Below are positions 18,795-27,478 of a stretch of DNA of 64,000 nt, in pieces. The stretch's first letter is position 1. Every line of letters begins with the position of its first letter. The stretch comes from a virus. Where the stretch lies: IMG/VR virus record IMGVR_UViG_3300032020_001000, positions 19,862 to 83,861 of that record. The stretch is one strand, 5' to 3'. Under the pieces are notes generated by a model. It made no database searches, was not told the DNA's origin, and saw only the letters and a program-made list of their open reading frames with translations. Both the position numbers and the translations under genes were made by a program.

Positions 18795-19276
18795 TGCTGA
18801 CCCTGACGCCCCGACAGATGGAGGCGCTGCGTGCTATCCGCGATCTGACGCGGCGGCGCGGCCCCACCATCCGAGAGCTGGGGAGAGCGCTCGGATTGTT
18901 GTCCACATGCACCACCTGGCGGCATGTGGATCGGCTCGTGGATAAGGGGATGGTGTGCAAAGGGGAGAGGGAGAACCGCGGCATCGAGCTGACGGCAGCA
19001 GGGATGGCTGAGCTGAATCCGGCCCCAGCCCCGGCAGTAGACGGCAACTTGTCGGTAGCAAGTTGCGGCGAGATGACGGCGGTCATGCGGATGCAGCGCT
19101 GGGATGGTTGGCGGATCGACCGCCTGGGAGACGTTGCCGTCAACGGCCCCGGCATCGGGTTTATCCCCGTGTATGCGACCGAGGAAGAGGCGCTGCGCGA
19201 TTTCCCGGACGGGCCGTTTGCGCGGATGCGCCTGTGCGAGAGTGATGGCGCGGCAGCAGAGGACTGTGCGGACTGA
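18794..19276 (+). CDS. LexA-like DNA-binding domain protein
   Basis: LTPRQ...PTIRELG..LGL.S..T...HV..L..KG...RGIEL; no peptidase domain. Confidence 0.75.
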   Translation: MLTLTPRQMEALRAIRDLTRRRGPTIRELGRALGLLSTCTTWRHVDRLVDKGMVCKGERENRGIELTAAGMAELNPAPAPAVDGNLSVASCGEMTAVMRMQRWDGWRIDRLGDVAVNGPGIGFIPVYATEEEALRDFPDGPFARMRLCESDGAAAEDCAD

Positions 19277-19323
19277 GGGGCGGGGCATTCTCGCCCTAGA
19301 AAGTGTTCCTGAGGGAGGGAGAC

Positions 19324-20001
19324 ATGCCGAAAAGAAAGGCAGCAAAAGGCGAGGTGGATGCGCGGGCATGGGCCTTACCGCAGAACTTCGTGCTCCACCG
19401 CAACCCGCGCAAGACATTGCGGGTGCGGATTATCGGCAAAGGGCCGCTCCTGGAGCAGAACCCGGCGCGAATGCGGGATGCGCATATCAAAACGAAAGAG
19501 CAGACGGGGCAGACCAAGAAGCGCCAGGCTTGGGATGCTGAGGCCGAATGCAAGGCCCATGTCCACCGACTGATGGATGGACGGCCGGGCGTACCCTGCA
19601 TTGCGCTCAAGAAGGCGATGGCCGCGACTGTTAGCGGGAAGGGCCAAGAGTGGTATGGGCGCCGAAAGGAACTCTACAGCGCCTTCTGGATTCGGGGCGA
19701 AGCCAATCAGGAGCAGGGCGGCATGGAATTGTTGCCCATTATCTCGCCCAACGGTGACTACGTGGTGGATCGTTCCTGGGTGCGCAACAGTGGCATCGGC
19801 CGCCCCATTGACGTGCGAGCCAGGCCGCGATGGGACAAGTGGGCGCTCGACGTAGAGATCGAGTTCAAGACTAGCGCCGGACTGACGGAGCAGACCCTGC
19901 TCGATATGCTCGATGAGGCTGGAGACCGGGGGATCGTCTCCCGCCGGCAGGAGAACAGCGGAGAGAACTATGGCACCTTCGAGGTGGCGGTGGAGGCATA
20001 A
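19324..20001 (+). CDS. RAMP/Cas7-like protein, candidate effector of the pentamer array
   Basis: VRIIGKGPLL, PCIALKKAM, RPRWDKWALDVEIEF and C-terminal Gly loop AGDRGIVSRR...GENYGTFEV resemble the RAMP motif order. Confidence 0.65.
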   Translation: MPKRKAAKGEVDARAWALPQNFVLHRNPRKTLRVRIIGKGPLLEQNPARMRDAHIKTKEQTGQTKKRQAWDAEAECKAHVHRLMDGRPGVPCIALKKAMAATVSGKGQEWYGRRKELYSAFWIRGEANQEQGGMELLPIISPNGDYVVDRSWVRNSGIGRPIDVRARPRWDKWALDVEIEFKTSAGLTEQTLLDMLDEAGDRGIVSRRQENSGENYGTFEVAVEA

Positions 20002-20006
20002 ACAGC

Positions 20007-20531
20007 ATGGTCAGGGAGAGCGGGGCGCAACTCGAAATCGGGGTTCGGCCAGGCTTCCATCTCAGCCAGGAGCAGGCCGAGCGATATGGGGCGCGGCTCT
20101 ACGAACTGATCCGGACGAAGCGCGGCATTCCCATCTCCGCCCGTGAGATCGTCGAAGCTGCCCGTTCATCGAGATCGGCGCTCCATGACTGGTTCACTTG
20201 GGACGACGGCGAGGCCGCCGAGCGTTGGCGCGAGGAGCAGGCCCGCAACTTGGCGCGGGCCATCCAGATCAACATCGTGGTCGAAGGCGGTGGCCCGCCT
20301 GTACCCGTGCGCGCCTTTGTCTATGTTGAGGACCGCGATGCCGAGGGCGAGCAGGCAGGCTATGTGCCACTGGCGGAGGCGCTCGGCGATGAGGCCCGGT
20401 ATGCCTATATCCTGGAGCGCGCATACCGGGAATATCGGGCACTTGCAATGAAACATCGGCACCTCAAGGAACTCAGCCGACTCTTCCCGGCGCGGGAGAT
20501 GGCGCGTTGGGATAAGCGGTTTCGAGGATAA
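20007..20531 (+). CDS. conserved phage protein between the RAMP-like gene and the array
   Basis: IVEAAR...LHDWFTWDD.EAAE.WR..QARNL motif; GGAGG RBS. Confidence 0.7.
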   Translation: MVRESGAQLEIGVRPGFHLSQEQAERYGARLYELIRTKRGIPISAREIVEAARSSRSALHDWFTWDDGEAAERWREEQARNLARAIQINIVVEGGGPPVPVRAFVYVEDRDAEGEQAGYVPLAEALGDEARYAYILERAYREYRALAMKHRHLKELSRLFPAREMARWDKRFRG

Positions 20532-20533
20532 GA

Positions 20534-20807
20534 TGCAGGAGAGCATGAGGCCAGGTGGAGCTGGGCCGGGCGCAGTCCGGCATGGCACGGTAGGGTTCCA
20601 AATTGCACGAGAGTATGCAGTTAGGCTGGGCGAGGCCAGGACTGGCACAGCCCAGTGCGGCAAGGTTCTGAATTGCAGGAGAGCATAGGGAGCGGCGTGG
20701 CCGGGCGGGGACTGATACGGCATGGATCAGTGAGCTAAGGTTTCCGAATTCCAGGAGAGCATGAGGCTTGGCTTGGCACGGCGAGGCAAGGCGAGGTCGA
20801 GTAAGGA
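20534..20807 (+). repeat. array of four units: header TTGCAGGAGAGCAT plus 9-11 NN-(G/A)G(Y) pentamers (candidate guide RNAs)
   Basis: Pentamer tracts 20547-20596, 20617-20666, 20687-20741 and 20763-20807; periods 70, 70 and 76 bp. Confidence 0.85.
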
Positions 20808-20814
20808 TTGCCGC

Positions 20815-21306
20815 ATGAGAATCATGGGTATTGACCTCGGCAATCCGGGCGCGCTGGCCATCCTGAGCGATGATCAGCCCGGCAAGCCGCGGGTCGTGGC
20901 AACCGCCTCCTGGGGGCACACGACCGGCCTGCACCTCCAGGAGATGATCCTTGCCCTGGGACGCGAGCACGGCGTGGAGCTGGTGGCGACCGAGCGACCA
21001 GGGAGCTGGGGCAGGCGATCGGTGGGAATGTCGCAGCGGGGCAAGCAGGAGGTGGTGCGGGCGGCCTGCCAGGCGCTGCGAGTACACCTTGTGGATTACC
21101 AACCACGGACGATCCGGGCGGCGCTCGGAGTCAGGGCTCAGGCCGCGGAGGGGAAACGGCAGGTCGGGCGCTGTGTTAAACTGCTGGTCAAGATTGACAG
21201 CGACAATGAGCATGTGCTCGACGCCTGCGCTCTGGCCCTGGTAGCGCTGAACCGGGAGGGGTCGCGGCGGAGGATGCTCGCCGCAAAGGTACGGAGCCAA
21301 TTATGA
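20815..21306 (+). CDS. RuvC-like Holliday junction resolvase
   Basis: MRIMGIDLG, ATERP, P.TIR, EHVLDACALA. Confidence 0.75.
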   Translation: MRIMGIDLGNPGALAILSDDQPGKPRVVATASWGHTTGLHLQEMILALGREHGVELVATERPGSWGRRSVGMSQRGKQEVVRAACQALRVHLVDYQPRTIRAALGVRAQAAEGKRQVGRCVKLLVKIDSDNEHVLDACALALVALNREGSRRRMLAAKVRSQL

Positions 21307-22193
21307 TCGATCCATCCTCGATGCGACTGTGGCTGCCGCACGTTGAGCGGCTGGGGATTCCAAGTCCGCGCACGATTCTCGTGGTGGAGCCGGAGCCCGG
21401 ATTCCTGGATCGCCTTCTCTTGGCGGCAATCGATGCAGTGGAGGGCGGCGGCGAACCTCTGGATGCCCGGGCCGCAGAGTTCGTGGGCGACGTTACGAAG
21501 GCTGTGGATGGCGTGGGCTATCCAGCATTCCTACGCACGGACCTCTGCAGCGGGAAGCATCAGTGGAGGGACACCTGCTTCGTCGCGGCGCCAGGGCACG
21601 TCTACTCGCATGTGCTGGCCCTGATTGAGTTCGGGATGAACGCTGATATGCTGGGGCTGCAGCATACAGCGATCGCCGCGCGCCAGTACCTCTACCTTGA
21701 CGCCCCATTCGCCGCCTACCGCGGGTTACCGATTGCGGCGGAGCGCCGATATTTCGTGCGCGAGGGCCGGGTGCTGTGTCACCATCCATACTGGGAACGC
21801 GAGGCAGTGGCGGCAGGCTATCCGTGGTGCGCCGAATGGGAACGGCACCTGGAGCGTCTCAACCGGGAGGAGGACGACGAGGTTGCCACGCTCACCGGAT
21901 TCGCGGCGGCAGTAGGGGGAGCGCTTGGCGGCTTCTGGAGCATCGACTTCGCGCGCGATGCGGGGGGCAAGTGGTGGTTGATCGATATGGCGGTGGGCGG
22001 AGAGTCCTGGCATCCCAGAGGCCCATGTCCAGAGGTTACAGTATGCGCCATATGCAGCGGCGTCATCGACGAGGAATATCCATCGAGGCACGCAGGATGC
22101 GCGGCCGCTGGCCGACGACCGAAGGCCGCTGCTGCTGATGATGCTGATGATGATGCTGATGATGATGCTGATGATACGGAGCCGCGCAAGTGA
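21303..22193 (+). CDS. ATP-grasp-fold protein
   Basis: FLRTD..SGKH, ERRYFV, WSIDF...WWLIDM; acidic tail. Confidence 0.65.
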   Translation: MIDPSSMRLWLPHVERLGIPSPRTILVVEPEPGFLDRLLLAAIDAVEGGGEPLDARAAEFVGDVTKAVDGVGYPAFLRTDLCSGKHQWRDTCFVAAPGHVYSHVLALIEFGMNADMLGLQHTAIAARQYLYLDAPFAAYRGLPIAAERRYFVREGRVLCHHPYWEREAVAAGYPWCAEWERHLERLNREEDDEVATLTGFAAAVGGALGGFWSIDFARDAGGKWWLIDMAVGGESWHPRGPCPEVTVCAICSGVIDEEYPSRHAGCAAAGRRPKAAAADDADDDADDDADDTEPRK

Positions 22194-22426
22194 CGGTGGC
22201 CACGGACGGAGTGCACCTGGTGGCAGACGACCTGGACGAGCTGCACGCTTTCGCCCGGCGCGTGGGATTGCGGCGCGAATGGTTCCAGGATGGGCCGCGC
22301 CCGCACTACGATCTGACAACGCATCGGGCGCTCGAGCGGGCGCTGCATGCGGGCGCGAAGCGCGTGTCGCGGCGAGCCGCTGTGAGGCTCGCGAGGGAGG
22401 CGGCTGATGCCCTGGCGCGGATTTGA
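22190..22426 (+). CDS. DUF4031-like protein
   Basis: HLVADDLDELHAFARRVGLRREWFQ...HYDLT. Confidence 0.8.
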   Translation: MTVATDGVHLVADDLDELHAFARRVGLRREWFQDGPRPHYDLTTHRALERALHAGAKRVSRRAAVRLAREAADALARI

Positions 22427-23468
22427 GGCCCTGCCCCCATACTTTGGCGGGAAGCGAAAGCTCTGCCCGCGCATCTTCCGTGAGATCTCGCGGGCGCTGC
22501 CGCAAGGGCGGTGGGGTTCGGCGCGCCTGGTGGACCCTTTCCTGGGCGGCGGCGCCGTGGGACTGTATGCGAAGGCGAGGGGCTTCGCCGTGCAGTGCTC
22601 GGATATCGCCGAGCGCAGCGCGCTGATCGGGCGCGCGCTCATCGCCAACGATTCGGTGAGGATCGAGCACGAGGATATTGCGCGTCTGTTCGTGCCGCAG
22701 GATGATGCTGGCGACCATATGCAGACGCATGCCGCGCCCGACAACATGACGCCCGAGGCGGCGCGGTTCCTCGACAACGCATGGACGGCGGCGGCGCGAT
22801 TCGCGGACGATACAAAGCGCGCCTTGGCCCGCCTGCTGCTGGTGAAGTATCTATTCTCGCTGCGGCCGATGGCGCAGTTCTCCAGCCCGAATGCTTTCAA
22901 CCGGCCGTTCGTCGAGGGCCGGTTCGATGATATCAAGGCGATCTACAAGGATGCAATAGCGGCGAATGCCGCGCACCCATCCGTAGCGCTCGAGCGCCTG
23001 CGCGGCAGGATCAACGCTGCGGTGTTCCGGGGAGCACAGGCATGCTCGGTGTGGCAGGGCGATGCACGCGAGGCCGTGGCGATGGCGCCGGGCGCTGTCG
23101 CAGGACAGCGCGGCGCGGACGCGCTCTACCTCGATCCGCCATACGCCGGCACGCTCTCCTACGAGAAGGAGTACTCCTTGCTGGATCACTGGCTCGGAGA
23201 CACGCTGGAGCCGAGTCCCTACTCGACCGATCGTGGCCTGGCGGAGTTCGGGCAGTTCCTGGGCGCCTGCGAGAGCCACCGGCTGTGGGTGATTTCCTAT
23301 GGCAATGCCGTGGCATCGCTCGAGCAGGTGCGGGCAGTGATCGAGCGGTACCGGCCCACGCGCGCCGTCGAACTGGCGTATGCGCATCTGGGTGCCGTGG
23401 CCACGGCGGAGAAAAGCGCACGCAATCGAGAGTTCATAATCCTGGCGGGAGAAGGAGTGGAGGCATGA
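22407..23468 (+). CDS. DNA adenine methyltransferase (D12/Dam-like)
   Basis: PYFGGKRKL, DPFLGGG, YLDPPY. Confidence 0.88.
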   Translation: MPWRGFEALPPYFGGKRKLCPRIFREISRALPQGRWGSARLVDPFLGGGAVGLYAKARGFAVQCSDIAERSALIGRALIANDSVRIEHEDIARLFVPQDDAGDHMQTHAAPDNMTPEAARFLDNAWTAAARFADDTKRALARLLLVKYLFSLRPMAQFSSPNAFNRPFVEGRFDDIKAIYKDAIAANAAHPSVALERLRGRINAAVFRGAQACSVWQGDAREAVAMAPGAVAGQRGADALYLDPPYAGTLSYEKEYSLLDHWLGDTLEPSPYSTDRGLAEFGQFLGACESHRLWVISYGNAVASLEQVRAVIERYRPTRAVELAYAHLGAVATAEKSARNREFIILAGEGVEA

Positions 23469-24052
23469 TCAGTGGAGGCATGATCAATTGGCATGCGGTG
23501 CTGGCGCTGGGACCGCAGGACCGGCCCGAACTGCTGACGTTTCAGGGGCGGCCCATTGTGTATAATCCGGCGAGCGCGGAGGACAGCGAGATCATGGGTC
23601 CCTTGCTCGACCGCGGCCTGGTGTGGGTGGGAGAAAGTATCATCGGCATCCGGGCGAGCGAATGGGCGCGACGCGACCGGCATGCAGGGGATGCCGCGCC
23701 CGAGCCGATCGATAGGCGCGGTGAATACCTGGCGGAGGCGGAGGTTCGCGCAGAGGCAGCCGTGAAGCGGGCGATAGACCAGCGGTATGATCAGCGGCCG
23801 CTCTCATGGTACGCGGCAGCGCGGCCGCTTCCCGCCGATCCGTTCCGGGCGCTATCGCTCTTCCAGTTCGAGGGCCGCCCCATATTGTTTGCCGACAGTC
23901 ATGTGCGCGAGCAGGAGATGCTCGCGCAGCTGCAGGGAGGATGGACGCCCATCCGCTGGGGCTATTTCCCCCTGGCTCTGCCCGGGACCCAGTGGGATAC
24001 GCTGGTGCGGGGCGGCGGCGTATCCTGGTCACGGAGGCGCGAGGATGGATGA
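23465..24052 (+). CDS. hypothetical protein with an internal duplication
   Basis: LLTFQGRPIVY and LFQFEGRPILF; ATGA-coupled. Confidence 0.55.
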   Translation: MISGGMINWHAVLALGPQDRPELLTFQGRPIVYNPASAEDSEIMGPLLDRGLVWVGESIIGIRASEWARRDRHAGDAAPEPIDRRGEYLAEAEVRAEAAVKRAIDQRYDQRPLSWYAAARPLPADPFRALSLFQFEGRPILFADSHVREQEMLAQLQGGWTPIRWGYFPLALPGTQWDTLVRGGGVSWSRRREDG

Positions 24053-24374
24053 GATCGAGCAGATCGCACAGCTGGTGGGGGAACTGGAGGCTGCGCTGGC
24101 GATCGAGCAGGAGGCGGGCTGCGACCTGGCGCGATGGGGCGAATGGTCGCACCACTGGAATCGCCGGCGCCAGGCGCTGCTCAATGCCGTATTGGAGTGC
24201 CGCGACACGAGCCTGCCGCATCGCCGGGCGCTCCTGGCCTGTGTGCACCTATTTGACGCCTGGCAGCGCATTCACTACAGGATCACCCAGCACAAGCCCC
24301 CAGATGTGCTTGGCCTCGAGGAGGTCAAGCGGCGGCTGCGGGAAGCGGCGGAGGCAAAAGCGAGGAGTATATGA
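24045..24374 (+). CDS. hypothetical protein
   Basis: GGAGG/GAGG RBS before MDEIEQ. Confidence 0.55.
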   Translation: MDEIEQIAQLVGELEAALAIEQEAGCDLARWGEWSHHWNRRRQALLNAVLECRDTSLPHRRALLACVHLFDAWQRIHYRITQHKPPDVLGLEEVKRRLREAAEAKARSI

Positions 24375-24619
24375 GGATGACCAATTTCTTTTGCCCAAAG
24401 TGCAAGGAGGCATTTTCGGACGAGAACAAGGCGAAATCGCATCGGTGTGATATTGCGAGGTTATGTACCCTCGACCTAGCGCCCTTTACCGAAAGACAAA
24501 TGCAGATGGATGGACGTCAGCGGCGCGGAGCAGTCGAGCTTGCATTTTGGCGAGGGCATCAAGCGGGCCAGGAAGATGAGGCGCGGCGCCATCGGAAATC
24601 GGCCCGCAAGCCGCGGTGA
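24371..24619 (+). CDS. small Zn-finger-like protein
   Basis: CPKC...HRC; GAGGAG RBS. Confidence 0.55.
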   Translation: MRMTNFFCPKCKEAFSDENKAKSHRCDIARLCTLDLAPFTERQMQMDGRQRRGAVELAFWRGHQAGQEDEARRHRKSARKPR

Positions 24620-24623
24620 ATGT

Positions 24624-24760
24624 GGGGCGGCGGTACGCTGACGAGCTTACGCGAGGGAGGCCACCCGAACGGGCGACATCCCTACTGGGGACGCCAGACT
24701 CTGAGGCGTGGAGTGGAGTGGCCGCACGGCATACTGGCACCGAACCTTGCCCGCCGCCCC
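24624..24760 (+). ncRNA. multi-branch structured intergenic element
   Basis: 10-bp closing stem GGGGCGGCGG/CCGCCGCCCC enclosing GGCCAC/GTGGCC and three inner hairpins. Confidence 0.4.
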
Positions 24761-24857
24761 CGCGGATGACTGATCCCGCCAGGCAGACCGGGCTTGACTG
24801 CGGTCGAGATATGAGCAATGAATGACAACCGGGAACAGGACGACTAGAGGAGGAGCG

Positions 24858-25799
24858 ATGTTCATGAAGTGGAGAGCAATCTATTCGCATGCCGCCGATC
24901 TCGACGGCCTGGTGGCCGGGCTGCACCTCGAGTTCCTGACCGGGGCGCCGCTGCACTTCCTCGATTATGGGCAGGAGGACCGGATTGCCGCGGCCCCCTG
25001 CATCATCGCCGACCTCAACCTGGCGAACGACCACCCGGCCCTCGCCGATGAACGCAACCTCATCATCGACCACCACGCCGACCGGCGCGGCCCGGTCAAG
25101 GCGGAAGTTATTTACCGCGAGGGCGAGTGTGCGGCATTGATGGTCGTCAATGCCGGCGGGAAACTTGGGCGGCGCGACCGCGGCGCGCTACACCCCTACT
25201 CGGCGCGCGCTATGTTGGCCTGGGCGAAGCTGGCGCAGGCCGCGGACTACATGCTCACCGACGCGAAGGATTATCGCTATGCGCGTGACCTAACCAGTTT
25301 CATGCGCATCGTGGGCGTCGAGACGGCGCGCACCTATCTGCAGGGCGGCAGTAATGGACTGACGATGTGGCCGTACAATCCGACGCTGGCACATGTGCGT
25401 TGCGCTGCGGCGATTGCCGGTGCGGTTAATGCGCGCGAGCGCGAGCGGGGCAGGGCGGCAGCGCAGCAGAGCCTGAGCGTCTATAGAGTCGGCAGCCTGG
25501 GCGAAATGGGCGAGCCGGATGTGGTAGTCGAGTGCATGATGGGTGTGCTTCCCTGCGGCAGCGTCTCGGAGATCGCGGGCGACTTGAGCGAGCGCCTCGG
25601 CAAGCCGGTGGCGCTTGTGCTGTTGGGGACAGCGGGCAACGAGGCGGGCACAATTCAGGTGGGCATCCGGGGAGAGGGAGCGCGAGAGATCGCACAGCGC
25701 TTCGGTGGCGGCGGGCATCCGACAGCGGCGGGCTGGACGGTGAAGTGGCGGGACGTGGGGAGCGCGATCACAGCGGCAGCGACAGAGCGGGAGGCATGA
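24858..25799 (+). CDS. DHH/DHHA1-family phosphoesterase
   Basis: HAADLDG, IADL, IIDHH, GGGGHPTAAG. Confidence 0.8.
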   Translation: MFMKWRAIYSHAADLDGLVAGLHLEFLTGAPLHFLDYGQEDRIAAAPCIIADLNLANDHPALADERNLIIDHHADRRGPVKAEVIYREGECAALMVVNAGGKLGRRDRGALHPYSARAMLAWAKLAQAADYMLTDAKDYRYARDLTSFMRIVGVETARTYLQGGSNGLTMWPYNPTLAHVRCAAAIAGAVNARERERGRAAAQQSLSVYRVGSLGEMGEPDVVVECMMGVLPCGSVSEIAGDLSERLGKPVALVLLGTAGNEAGTIQVGIRGEGAREIAQRFGGGGHPTAAGWTVKWRDVGSAITAAATEREA

Positions 25800-25841
25800 G
25801 GAAAAGGCGAAGGGGGAGCAACCAGGCCCGGGAGGCCAACG

Positions 25842-26126
25842 ATGGGGACATTGATCGTCAAGCAGCCTAACGGCAAACTCGCGCTGTTCTCGACCGTCGT
25901 GGATCAGTTCGTGCTGATGGATGCCAGCCGTGAGGATGTGGTCGCAAAGTTCAGCCGGGATGCCATCACGCGAGTCCAGAAGCGAGTGGCGCAAGCGATG
26001 CTGGACCCGCTTGGCGAAGTGAGTTGGGAGCAGGCATTGGGTGACATCGAGGTCCGGCATGGCAGGCGCGCGGCGGAAAAGGAGCGGCGCCACGGCATGA
26101 TGCCGGTTTCCGAGGGCAGCCGATGA
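25842..26126 (+). CDS. hypothetical protein
   Basis: GGAGG RBS; IVKQPNGK..FSTVVD. Confidence 0.65.
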   Translation: MGTLIVKQPNGKLALFSTVVDQFVLMDASREDVVAKFSRDAITRVQKRVAQAMLDPLGEVSWEQALGDIEVRHGRRAAEKERRHGMMPVSEGSR

Positions 26127-26614
26127 CCAAGCATCTACGCTATGCCTGGTATGTGCTGCGGCACAAGTGGTTCGTGCTCATCGAGTGCTGCCGGCGGGGG
26201 ATGTGGTGGCGGGCCTTCACGCATGATCTCTCCAAGTTCTCTGCCGCCGAGTGGTTCCCCTATGCCGAGCACTTCTACGGCCAGCCGCGCGCCGAGCAGC
26301 GGGATGCCACCGGGTACTACAAGCCGTACGACACCGGCGATCTCGCGTTCGACCGCGCGTGGCTGCACCATCAACATGCGAATGACCATCACTGGCAGTG
26401 GTGGATATTGCCCTGCGACGAGGAGGGGACGCGGGTGTTGGAGATGAGTGAGGGCGCCCGTCTGGAGATGCTATGCGACTGGATCGGCGCCGGCCGCGCG
26501 CAGGGCACCCTGGATATCTGCGCCTGGTATGAGAAGAACCGGCAGAAGATGCAACTGCACCCACAGACTCGACTGTGGTTGGAGCAACAAATGCGCCAGA
26601 ACGGGGGAAGATGA
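26123..26614 (+). CDS. HD-domain (DUF5662-like) protein
   Basis: RHKWFV, HDLSKF, HHQHANDHHW, EMLCDW. Confidence 0.8.
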   Translation: MTKHLRYAWYVLRHKWFVLIECCRRGMWWRAFTHDLSKFSAAEWFPYAEHFYGQPRAEQRDATGYYKPYDTGDLAFDRAWLHHQHANDHHWQWWILPCDEEGTRVLEMSEGARLEMLCDWIGAGRAQGTLDICAWYEKNRQKMQLHPQTRLWLEQQMRQNGGR

Positions 26615-26755
26615 GAGCGAGGAAAAGGAGAGGGGGCCCCTACCCATTCATCGAGCGCGGTACGCCGCCGGCATCGCCGCGGCTGCTGGTTCTCCCGCAA
26701 GATGCCCTGACGATACCGTGACGAAATAGCGTGACGCACTCAGCGAGGCTAAGCC

Positions 26756-27478
26756 ATGCAGATGATCCCGCGCAACCGCATCCGTGAGAACCCCTGGAAC
26801 CCCAATGCCTTCGACCCCGAGAACTATGCGAAGCTGGTCGAAAGCATCCGGGAGAAGGGCTTCCTCGAGCCGCTGAAGGTGATGATCGATCCCGCCTCCG
26901 CAATGGCGCGGGGCGGCGATGGCAATCTGGACGACGTCGAGTACCTGCTCATCGATGGTTACCATCGCTGGATGGCGGCCGGAGACCTCGGCATCGATGG
27001 AGTGCCCTGCGATGTGTGGGACATCACCATCGAGGAGGCCAAGATCCGCGGCCTGCAGTTGAACTATCTGCGCGGGCAGCCGGTGCCGCAGCGCCTGGCG
27101 GGGCTCGTGCACGAGCTCAATGCGGCATACTCGATGGAGGACCTCGCTGGCATGCTGCCGTGGTCGGTGTCGGAGCTCGAGGACTCGATGGAGCTGCTGC
27201 GGTTGCCGGCGGACCTCGAGAGGCAGATGCGCGCCGCCGCCGCGGCGCAAGAAGCAGTGGCGCCGGTGCCGGTGACCGTGGTGCTGCTGGGCGCGGAGCA
27301 CGAGACATTCCAACGGGCGATGGCGGCGGCGAAGGCGGCGCTGGGCCGGAGCGCCCGGCGCGGGCAATGCCTGGCCGAGATCTGCGGGCGCTACCTAGAG
27401 GCGGCGGGACTGAGCGACTTTGAGGGGCCGCCTGCGCAGGCCGAGGCAGAGGAGGACGCGGCACATGCGCCAGGATGA
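26756..27478 (+). CDS. ParB N-terminal-domain protein
   Basis: NPWNPN, LVESIREKG, IDGYHRW. Confidence 0.82.
   Translation: MQMIPRNRIRENPWNPNAFDPENYAKLVESIREKGFLEPLKVMIDPASAMARGGDGNLDDVEYLLIDGYHRWMAAGDLGIDGVPCDVWDITIEEAKIRGLQLNYLRGQPVPQRLAGLVHELNAAYSMEDLAGMLPWSVSELEDSMELLRLPADLERQMRAAAAAQEAVAPVPVTVVLLGAEHETFQRAMAAAKAALGRSARRGQCLAEICGRYLEAAGLSDFEGPPAQAEAEEDAAHAPG

Noticed and set aside
20534-20807. Calling the pentamer array a CRISPR array or a simple microsatellite
   Set aside because: Headers are short and degenerate and the 'spacers' have internal periodicity, unlike CRISPR; the NN positions are too diverse for slippage repeats.
20761-20814. ORF-track start of the RuvC-like gene inside array unit 4, and RBS-like AGGAGAGCATG headers suggesting mini-ORFs
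   Set aside because: The RuvC motif starts at ATG 20815, unit 3 lacks the ATG, and the 5-nt period does not preserve a reading frame.
22128-22175. GAT/GCT triplet repeat
   Set aside because: Encodes a poly-Asp/Ala tail of the ATP-grasp protein; the MMLMMM ORF is a frame artefact.
24638-24660. CTGACGA-GC-TTAC-GC-GAGG as a second hammerhead core
   Set aside because: The required GAAA is absent and stems I and III cannot be built convincingly.
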